A DNA stretch of 32,317 nucleotides from Dirinaria sp. TL-2023a (lineage: Eukaryota), in the NCBI GenBank assembly GCA_051941275.1, contig JAVEBF010000081.1, positions 1-32,317 of the forward strand, read 5' to 3'. Each line of letters begins with the position of its first letter. Position 1 is the first letter of the stretch. Both the position numbers and the translations under genes were made by a program. Shown here piece by piece: positions 23,652 to 32,317 of this stretch. The notes under the pieces were generated by a model. It worked only from the letters and a program-made list of their open reading frames with translations. It was not told the DNA's origin and made no database searches.

Positions 23652-24194
23652 AATTATAGAAATTTCCAAGATGGAATATTAATATGTCACTCTGGTGATT
23701 CGCTCTGCGAAATGTAAAAGATTACTTAGCGCAGGTTTTGCCAGTAGGCCTCTTCTTGCTCGCCGTAGATCCTTGCGTGAAGTGTTTTCGAAAGAGGCTC
23801 TCTTGGCTCTCTAATACTCTAGTATGTAAGGTACTTAGAGTTGATGAGTAACTTTTACGGCCACCTGAATTTTCATCCAAATCACGATTTTCTATATCGA
23901 ATTAGGTATGTGGGTTTAAATATATGCTCACGCAAGTAGACTTCAGCCCCCAAACCAGTATCTTATGCTTTAGTGAGGCGAGGCGCACCAGGCCAAGTGA
24001 ATATTCAATATTTCGATCTATACAAGGCAATGAGACAGATCTTTTCTAAATTCTATTCGTGTATATAGCTCACTGCCTCCGCTGACATTACAACTCGCAG
24101 AGTCCTAGGTGCCCATCAAGCTTCACCTACTACAAGTTCCTACTACGTTGCCACACGCCTTATTGTTGCTTTGTATTTAGTACATGCCATGTTA

Positions 24195-25174
24195 TTATTC
24201 TTCTTCTTTTGCTATGCCGACCATCATCGCGGTGTTCACATCTTCTCCAACGACGCCAGCTTTCTGTAGTATTTCTACTGTCTTCTCGACAGTGTCCATC
24301 TTCACACCTTTCGCATCAGTTGCAAAGCGTACAGTCTTAAGCCATTCCTGAGCATCTTCTTCTGAATAGTCCAATTCTGTACTAATATATTTTACCGCTT
24401 CGTCTGGGTGCTGGTCAAAGTATCTTATGCCCTGGTTTAGCTTATTGAACAAATCGTCTAATCTTGTGTCGCGAGCACCCTTTGTAGCAACAATCTTCCA
24501 CGAAGACCAAGGGGTATAGATTTCCCCAATCTTCTTGATGGCCCCATTGTCATAATATCTTTTCGAGGTAAAGTACTCCCACATAAAGAAATCAGCCGTA
24601 CCATCGTTAACTGCATCCCGTAACTTGGTGAAAGTCTGTAAGGGCACAACTTCAAACGGTGACTGATCGGGTGCTCGCAGCCAAGAGTGAAAATCGGCCA
24701 AAACGAAGCCCATAACATACGAGCCACTGTGGCGATCAGTGCTTGCATCTGTACCCAGCGAAGGGACTTATTCACCTGCCGATCCGGCTAACACCGATCC
24801 TCTTACCCTCCAGCATACTAGTATTATTTAGATCTCTTTGAGAACCGGTGCTGATAGCCCAACACAGCGGTGTTTCGACATAGGTGCCAACCAGCGTAAA
24901 GCCGGGAGCTTCCTGCTTTCCTAAGGCGCTGATCCAGCCTTCCGTAAGACCTATCCCGATGTCGATCTCATTTTGTTGGAGGGACGTTACCATATGCCCT
25001 GTACCCGAAGGGAAGGGTAGGAGATCTGCGGACAGGCCGAAGTGCTTCTTCGCGAAGTAAAGAGGGGTGGAAAAATGCTCTGGACGGAAGCATAGCGATC
25101 AGTCGCGGGGATCAGCGAACGGCAGGGGTAGGGGACATACCAGGGACATAGCCGATACGTAGAGCACCAGCCAT
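24195..25174 (-). CDS. SsuA/THI5(NMT1)-fold type-2 periplasmic-binding-protein-like protein, 289 aa; exons 25174-25141, 25079-24776, 24726-24195
   Basis: LRIGYVPEHFSTPL, PSGTGHM, DIGIGLTEG, GTYVETPLCWAISTG, GVSRIGSGSYVM, DFFMWEYFTSK.YYD, GEIYTPWSSW; no signal peptide. Confidence 0.85.
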
Positions 25175-27019
25175 TGATTTCAATGCAGAGTCTTGAGCTA
25201 TGAAACATGGAATCTGTAACGACGTGGCTGGTGAATATTGAAGCCAACGTCATCATGCAGAATTAGTGTCCCAGCGCATTTGGTCTCATAGGTAAGGTAG
25301 ATAACAAGCGCTGCCGCGCGGTGCTTTCGATCTTCCTCCGAGGGCCCCAAGTTCCTTTTCAGAACAGCAGTAGACAGCGCTATCCCAACATTCCAGTTCA
25401 TTATATTCCTCGACAAAGCTTAGGTGCTGAAGCGTTATATCTATACAAGTTACTGAGCTATAGTGACCAATCACACAATATTTCTGTTAGGCCCCCTGAC
25501 CCCTCCGCTTTCCCCTTTCTTTTCTCTTCTGGTTTCAATTGCGCATTGTGCATGCTGTATGCGTGCGAATGGAGAGCGCGATCATGTAATTAATTCCCCG
25601 CAATTTATGTATCCTAGTACTAGCTATCCACTCGATACTGATCAGGATGAGAGTTGAGCCATATCTTGAATTTCCGCGTATCGATTGCATCGTCAAACAC
25701 TAGTATGAACAATAAATTCATGGTGCCCAATTCCTCAGAATGACGTCCATTATTATTATTTTCATTGTCTCCAGTTTTATCCAGATGTCTTTTACTCGGT
25801 TCTGGATTATGAAGCAATTGTGTGAAATCATTTCATTGCCAAGCACTCCGATAACCGACAATTGATGGCAGACCGAATATCGTCTAATCCTAGTGGCTCT
25901 GCTGCAATGGCATTAGTCAAAGAAATGAAATTCGGTCCTGTATCATAGCTGGCTCACGATGTTGAAGCGCCGCCCCGTGGACAAAGGTCCTGCAAAAATC
26001 ACGGCGCCTGCTCGAGGAACCTGGATACCGAATAATCTTGAAGTCACTGGGCAACAAAAGATGCAAAAGTCTTTCTTCACGACATCATAGGCCAATCAGT
26101 CTACTTCCTGAGATGCGCGACCAATCTTCGGCTCTCTTGTGTTGCACGATACTCGTCGGTTTGAAGCACCTGCCTTAGTATTACACTTTTAAAAAATGGA
26201 GTCGTCTAGCTCGATCCTACTCCTCGCTTCTACGCTATCTTGGCCCATCACGAGCTCATAGAGCACCATAACCATCGATGCGCGGGTTCGAACGGGCTTG
26301 TTGCACCATCGGATCTATATTTTCCATGGCAAATTGGCACGAATCGTTAAGGAGATTCAAGTGGCAGAAAATTAGGTCCTCTGGCGCTACCAAACCGCCC
26401 AGCATTAACCGGCTTCCTACTTCATTGAGGTTCCCGGGGGTTTTAACCCCCAACGTCGGATCTGGGGACCGAAACTCTTACCGCTGTACCAAGTAATCGC
26501 CTGTTGAAGATGCAGAGCACAATCTGGATTCATGTTCTTCTAAAAGGGCAAGGCGTGCAATTTCATAGCTGTACCGTAGTGGAGAGGAAGACGTGTAGAG
26601 GGGGATAATCCCTTTCCTTTCCGATTAACAAATAGAAAAGGAGAGAACTTTGCGCAAACCAGCACACAATTTGGGCCGAACCATTAGTTCCGGTGGAGTA
26701 GGACAAATAGGTGGAGTTGATTGTGCCTACTGTCATATACATACATTTAAGAAAGACCATAACCCACAAGCACTTTTTTGCCATTTCAGGTATTGAGGCG
26801 CGCAAGATTATTAGGTCTTGCATCGTCATGACCGCGTTTGTCGCAATAGGGTCAATCCTCTAGAGTGGAGATAGCAGATCAGATAGGAAAAAATAGCCAC
26901 CAATACTAATACATGTATATTTTTAGTGGTCTCTTGAGAAACACAGGACCGTAAACAGCTTTTCATTCGATATGTTCAACGCCAGTCGCTCTGCGTATGG
27001 CGGCATCTTGTCCTATCAA

Positions 27020-27760
27020 CTACGACTTTTTGCTGCCACTGAAATCGCTAGCTTGCAAATTTCTCGTCATACTCGGTAAGCGCACTCGGAGGCCGTCCAA
27101 ATCTTTGGACATCTTCACTTGACAACCCAGTCTGGACGTTTCGGTCAAACCGAATGCGAGATCCAGCATATCATTTTCATCATCGTCTGGCTCAGGAATT
27201 TTATCGTACATGGTGCTCTGCTCCACGATGACATGACAGGTTGAGCATGCACAAGAGCCACCGCAAGCACCTGGCACACGGTCAGTTAGAGTACGTAATG
27301 AATGTACACGAGCCGGCCGACCTTCCATCTCAAGATCTTCAGATTGAGCAATGTCCAACAGATTATCCCCGTCTGCGACCTCAAAAGTGTGCTCGTGTCC
27401 CTCTTTATCAATGAAAGAGACCTTGCGTCTGCAGCGTGCCATATCAGCGCTGCTAAGTAAACCCTCGTTTTCTGTAGCTACTCACTCTTCACCTGGCTTT
27501 GGTGGTGTCAAATGGCCATGCAGTGCGATCGATGAGCTAGTGAATCTCCGTCGTGGTGTGGGGAATTCTCTGTATCTAATCCACGGTGTCGTTGAACTGG
27601 CAAGAGTGCGGACATTGCGCATTTTCGTAACGTCATGGGTGGAGCATTGGGGTGCCAGACATCTGAGTGTTTGAATTCTAAGCCAAGGTCTATGCGTACA
27701 TGGTACTATAGATTGCATGCATTGCCCGGCCGCACGAGATACCGGTCGGGTACACAGCAT
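27020..27760 (-). CDS. YAH1: Mitochondrial [2Fe-2S] ferredoxin (adrenodoxin family), 210 aa; exons 27760-27486, 27428-27322, 27270-27020
   Basis: Long basic presequence; MEGACGGSCACSTCHV, DENDMLDLAFGLTETSRLGCQV. Confidence 0.96.
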
Positions 27761-27980
27761 GCTCGAGATTCTGACATTGGACGATCAAGCCCAAGTCAGA
27801 CCTGCATCGCCCAGCTTTTGATATCGATAATCGATCCATTCGTGTGACGCCGCGCGCCTCTGGGGACCCGGCCCGTCCGAACCGAAGCGCATCCTCCACA
27901 ATTCTGGTACTCGCACTCTCTACTAGCTTGGTTCGCTTTCCAACGATGATGTAGCTACTGGCCACCATTATCTCCCTATC

Positions 27981-29562
27981 ATGTCAGCATCTCGAGAAGG
28001 CCCAAATCCGCTGCGACCGTATTATATACCTCCTTCAGTCGGATCGCCGCCAGAAAGCAACACAATTTCCGCAACCGCGCCCAATGTTGGTAGCAAGCAT
28101 GCCTCCGCACCTCCAAGAACGACTAGCTTCGGCTCGTCAGCAAGAAACATCCTGTCCGACATGCACTACTCCGACTATCTTGCGGAGTCCTCACCCTCAG
28201 CTACGGAGATAATGAGACGGCTTTCAGAAGAGGCGTTATGGGAATATACAAGCGTCTTGTTAGCGCAGCCATTTGAATTAGCGAAGACCGTTTTGCAGGT
28301 TCATGTTGCAACTGTAGAACCGAAACCTTTGGCAAAAGCGCCAAATGCAGAGATAATGCGAAAGAAACAAGGTGCATACAGAGATGAGGGTGGCTTATAT
28401 GATGTACGACTGATCTGAGCAATGAGCGCATCCACACAATGATTTTAATTCTATCTAGCTATCTGACGATTCGGACGACGATTCTCAATCCTATTTCACC
28501 TCGTCAGCACCACTTTCGCACTTATCGCCTCGAGCCTCGCGACCTCGGCGGCGGCGGGACTCGCCAGATTCTCCCCCTTTGCCTAACTCAGACATACCTC
28601 GTAGTACACCACCAAATTCTCGCTCCGCATCGCATTCCCTGCAACTTAGATCTTCATCCTCCTTAGTCGCTGTTCTTTCTGCTCTTTGGACTAAAGAAGG
28701 AGCATGGGGCCTCTGGAAAGGTACTAATAGCACCTATGTCTACTCAATCCTTCTCTCGACATTGACAACCTTCTCGCGCTCCTTTATCTCTGCTCTCTTC
28801 GCATTACCAGACTCGAGTCTCTCCTTCCAGATGTCGCGGCCTTCTACCTCTGCTATTGGACTCGACATTCTTTCTTCCCCCTCTCCACTTTCTTCTTTAG
28901 CCGTCGCTGTCTCCGCCGCAGGGCTTGCGGGCATGATCCTGTCTCCCCTGGACATTGCTCGAACGAAGCTCATGCTAACACCGTCAACGCATCCACCTCG
29001 CTCTATACTGTCTACATTGCGATCGCTCCCCTCCTGGATAGTACCGATATCAATCGTTCCCGTGACATTACTCCACTCGACAGTCACCACCCTGGTATCG
29101 GCCTCTGTACCTCTCTTCTTACGCTCGAGATTCGGAATAGATCCATTACTAACACCTAGTCTCTACTCTGTCGGGACGCTCATCAGTCAAGCAATAGAAC
29201 TAGTCATTTCACTCCCGATCGAGACGGTCTTACGAAGGGGTCAATTGCACATAGCTCAAGCAAGCACTCATGGTAGAGACATGCAAACTGTCGTAAAAGT
29301 GGGTTCCTACCATGGTTTGGTTGGGACGATGCTCCATATCGTAAACGACGGAGGAGAAATGAACGGACGAGCAGAGCTTGGCCGGGGGACTGCGGGTGCA
29401 CCGGCGCTCAGAGCTGGTAAGATCGGGATGGGTGCTCAGAGGAAGAGGGGACAAGGTCTGGAGGGCCTTTGGAGAGGGTGGAGGGTCGGGATGTGGGGTT
29501 TGGTGGGCGTTTGGGGCGCTGCTCTATTGGGAGGTATGGGGAACAAGGGTGGGGAGTTTTAG
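27981..29562 (+). CDS. UGO1: Mitochondrial fusion/outer membrane carrier-like protein Ugo1, 508 aa; exons 27981-28403, 28459-29562
   Basis: GPNPLRPYY.PP N-terminus; carrier-like motifs QPFELAKTVLQV, EGAWGLWKG, SPLDIARTKL, LPIETVLRR, GLWRGWRVG. Confidence 0.9.
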
Positions 29563-29708
29563 GCGGACACTGGCGAATCCAGGCAGTGCCTGGCTACAGA
29601 ACCTCATCATTGTACATACAGCTCCCTTTTGGATTACAGGCACTCTCCTCAGCGGATAAGTAGCATCACTACCATCTTCAATATCTCCCATGTCGAAGAT
29701 GACATGCT

Positions 29709-30596
29709 CTAAGTCTCTCCAGCTACTTCTGCCGTTTCGCTCCCTTTTCCACCCCTACGTCCTCCACCAGCAATCAACTCCAGAAATCCCTCTCGTCCCA
29801 TCTCCGCTATCCGTTCCTCCCGAGCCGTGCGCCCACCTCTCGCCTTCTTCGCGGCCTCCTCTCCCCTGACCTGAGCCGCCCTTACAGCATTGAAGAGCTT
29901 GACTACACCCTTCTGCGCGGTCTTCCTTAACCTTCTCTCTTGCTCTTGCACTTCCCCCGCATTCATGCCTCCTCCCACATCCTCTTGTTCTCCTCGTACG
30001 TCCTCGGTTTTTCGACCAGGACCACCCTTAGGTATATCGGTGCCTAAGAGAACGTCTTTCACCCGTCCCCTCTCCAAACTCGCCTTCTTCTCCTCCCTCA
30101 GCTTCTGCTTCGCTTTCGTCTCCAACCGTACGTTGGCAAGTGTTGTCGAGGCTTCCTGAGCGGAGGCGCTGCGGGCCAGGACAGGGTCGGCACGTTTCGA
30201 AGAGGAGAGCTTGGAGGAAAGGATTTTGTGGATGGCTGCGGAGAAAGCGGTTGGATCGTTGCGCTTCTTGGGTTTTCGATCGGTTTTCGACGGAGAAGTG
30301 TCTAATGACGAGCTTCGAGATCCGATGGAGTTGGAGGAAGAGGAAGGAGAGTCTGAAGCGCCGGAGGCTGCGCTTGGTGAGGGGCTAGATACCCGGGGTG
30401 CGCTGGCTGGCGAGTCATTGCCATCGGAGTCAGCTAGAGATACAGGCACGAAGTCATGCTCTGAGGAAGACGAAGACGAGGACCCAGATAGGCTGGGGTA
30501 CTGCTGTTGCTTGCGGCGGGGCTTTTTGGAGAATTTCGATGCCCCAACGGCAACGTCGTCGTCAAGTTTGCGCTTTTTAGAGGTTGGCGGTGCCAT
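29709..30596 (-). CDS. RRP15: Pre-rRNA processing protein Rrp15, ~295 aa, intronless
   Basis: KRNDP.AFS..I.KIL.SKL, RADPVLARS, QERRLRKTAQKGVVKLFNAVRAAQ, EM.REGFLELI; first ATG at 30596. Confidence 0.9.
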   Translation of the reverse strand: MAPPTSKKRKLDDDVAVGASKFSKKPRRKQQQYPSLSGSSSSSSSEHDFVPVSLADSDGNDSPASAPRVSSPSPSAASGASDSPSSSSNSIGSRSSSLDTSPSKTDRKPKKRNDPTAFSAAIHKILSSKLSSSKRADPVLARSASAQEASTTLANVRLETKAKQKLREEKKASLERGRVKDVLLGTDIPKGGPGRKTEDVRGEQEDVGGGMNAGEVQEQERRLRKTAQKGVVKLFNAVRAAQVRGEEAAKKARGGRTAREERIAEMGREGFLELIAGGGRRGGKGSETAEVAGET

Positions 30597-30682
30597 TAAA
30601 AGTTCCAGTGCTGGGAGAATTCTCAAAATTGTCGGTGATCAAAGTTCTCAAAGTCAGGTAGACCTTGCCAGCTTGTTAGGTC

Positions 30683-30704
30683 TAGGGCTATGGTTAGGGC
30701 TATG
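30683..30704. promoter_or_regulatory. Tandem TAGGGCTATG (Tbf1-like AGCCCTA) sites in the RRP15/SRP54 divergent promoter
   Basis: Two exact 10-mers (30683-30692, 30695-30704). They resemble the TTAGGGCTA/AGCCCTAA element known from ribosomal-gene promoters of ascomycetes. Confidence 0.5.
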
Positions 30705-30853
30705 CGACGTACTTCCACCTAAGGTACATTACCTTACTCTATAGTGGGGGAGCGAGCCACATCGACTCCCTCTGGCATACTTTCCTTTGTACTTAGCATA
30801 CAACTTTACTTCAATGAGACATACCATCGGCTCACCATTTCCTGTAGCCCACC

Positions 30854-32317
30854 ATGGTCCTCCAAGACCTAGGTCGGCGAATCAACGCTGCCGTCTCCGA
30901 CTTAACTCGTTCCCCCAACCTTGACGAAAAGGCCTTCGACTCTATGGTCAAAGAGATATGTTCCGCGTTGCTCGAGTCTGACGTGAACGTCAAGCTCGTC
31001 GGGACCCTACGAAAGTCCATCAAAAACACCGTGAATTTTAAGGACCTTCCTCCAGCCGTCAACAAAAAGCGCCTCATCCAGAAAACCGTCTTCGATGAAC
31101 TAGTAAAATTGGTCGACCCGCATGCTGAACCATTCAAGCCGAAGAAAGGGAAACCGAATGTCATAATGTTTGTGGGTCTACAGGGAAGCGGGAAGACGAC
31201 GACGTGTACGAAGCTGGCGAGGCATTATCAGAGTAGAGGCTTCAAGAGCTGCCTCGTGTGCGCCGACACATTTCGAGCTGGCGCTTTTGATCAATTGAAG
31301 CAGAATGCCACGAAGGCGAAGATTCCGTATTTCGGCTCTTTGACCTCGACAGACCCGGCAATGGTGGCTGCGGAGGGAGTAGCGAAATTCAAGAAAGAGC
31401 GCTTTGAGATTATAATCGTCGATACCTCGGGCAGACATCGGCAAGAAAAGGACCTATTCAATGAAATGACGCAGATACAGACTGCGATCAAGCCGGATCA
31501 AACCATTATGGTGCTAGACGCTACGATTGGCCAACAGGCAGAGGCGCAATCGAAGGCGTTTAAAGAAACGGCTGATTTTGGATCAATCATCATCACAAAA
31601 ACCGATGGACACGCGGCAGGTGGTGGAGCAATATCTGCGGTCGCGGCGACTCATACACCGATTGTTTTCATCGGGACCGGAGAACACATGCTGGACCTTG
31701 AGCGTTTTGCGCCACAACCTTTTATCAGCAAATTACTGGGTATGGGCGACATGGCCGGGTTGGTGGAACATGTTCAAGCCCTGAAGCTAGACCAAAAGGA
31801 CACAATGAAGCATATTGCAGAAGGCGTCTTCACGGTCCGTGACTTGAGGGATCAACTGCAAAACATCATGAAGATGGGCCCGCTGTCCAAAATGGCAGGG
31901 ATGATACCAGGTCTGGGACAGATGATGGGGGGCATGGACGACGAGGAAGGGAGCTTGAAGATGAAGCGAATGATCTACATCTGCGACTCCATGACCATGA
32001 AGGAACTTGATTCCGACGGCAAAATCTTCGTGGAGCAGCCAAGCCGGATGACTCGCGTCGCAAAAGGCTCGGGGACCAGTGTGCGAGAAGTAGAAGAGCT
32101 ACTGAGCCAGCAAAGAGTCATGGGCGGCATGGCGAGTAAGATGAGCAAGGCGCAGAAGAATATGGGCGCCATGGGTGGACAGAACAGGCAGCAGATGGCG
32201 GCGATGCAGAAGCGCATGCAGAGTTTAGGCCAGGGCGGAGGTATGCCTGGCGGAGGAGGTATGCCCGACATGAACGCTATGATGAAGATGTTAGGGCAGG
32301 GTGGAGGTGGGGGCGGA
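30854..32317 (+). CDS. SRP54: Signal recognition particle 54 kDa subunit (3'-partial, runs off the window)
   Basis: [49 protein letters not shown], Met/Gly-rich M domain. Absent from the ORF track because there is no stop in the window. A possible 5'UTR intron lies at 30789-30847. Confidence 0.97.
   Translation, partial: MVLQDLGRRINAAVSDLTRSPNLDEKAFDSMVKEICSALLESDVNVKLVGTLRKSIKNTVNFKDLPPAVNKKRLIQKTVFDELVKLVDPHAEPFKPKKGKPNVIMFVGLQGSGKTTTCTKLARHYQSRGFKSCLVCADTFRAGAFDQLKQNATKAKIPYFGSLTSTDPAMVAAEGVAKFKKERFEIIIVDTSGRHRQEKDLFNEMTQIQTAIKPDQTIMVLDATIGQQAEAQSKAFKETADFGSIIITKTDGHAAGGGAISAVAATHTPIVFIGTGEHMLDLERFAPQPFISKLLGMGDMAGLVEHVQALKLDQKDTMKHIAEGVFTVRDLRDQLQNIMKMGPLSKMAGMIPGLGQMMGGMDDEEGSLKMKRMIYICDSMTMKELDSDGKIFVEQPSRMTRVAKGSGTSVREVEELLSQQRVMGGMASKMSKAQKNMGAMGGQNRQQMAAMQKRMQSLGQGGGMPGGGGMPDMNAMMKMLGQGGGGGG

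Noticed and set aside
16401..25174. Secondary-metabolite cluster (SDR + Mo enzyme + binding protein)
   Set aside because: No backbone synthase, transporter or cluster TF; the genes are interleaved with housekeeping genes.
25080..25500. TPP riboswitch at the THI5/NMT1-fold gene
   Set aside because: No CTGAGA..ATACC..CTTGAT..TAAT..GCG consensus in the introns or upstream; the protein is not a bona fide Thi5.
26278..26308. tRNA-like GGTTCGAA..TGCACCA
   Set aside because: The T-stem arms (GCGGG / GGGCT) do not pair and no cloverleaf forms.
29611..29618. Puf3-type TGTACATA in the UGO1 3'UTR as a shared mitochondrial regulon signal
   Set aside because: Single match; I did not find equivalent exact sites near the MIM1, OXA1, TIM22 or YAH1 stops.
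30211..30744. 177-aa plus-strand acidic ORF
   Set aside because: Antisense to the Ser-rich part of RRP15.

Overview
A gene-dense 32.3 kb segment of a filamentous ascomycete (Pezizomycotina) nuclear genome. It has short GT-AG introns with CTRAY-like branch sites and ~50% GC; the proteins look Eurotiomycete-like, which is an inference. I could splice by hand 15 complete protein genes plus one running off the right end: YIH1/IMPACT, an AIG2-like gamma-glutamylcyclotransferase (with an 8-nt micro-exon), ANY1-like PQ-loop protein, a secreted two-module Cys-rich protein, SHP1/UBX1, MIM1, OXA1, a DltE-like SDR, an uncharacterised membrane protein, a heme-less sulfite-oxidase-family Mo enzyme, TIM22, an orphan SsuA/THI5-fold binding protein, YAH1 ferredoxin, UGO1, RRP15 and SRP54 (partial). 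There are also two or three decayed gene relics. No tRNA, rRNA, CRISPR or intact transposon was seen. The most unusual signals are: (1) a 7-mer TAAGGTA/TACCTTA seen 19 times, always intergenic and often as inverted pairs near gene starts; (2) a ~3x over-long, highly structured MIM1 intron with an alternative helix that would mask its branch site; (3) co-location of several membrane-protein insertion and mitochondrial biogenesis genes.
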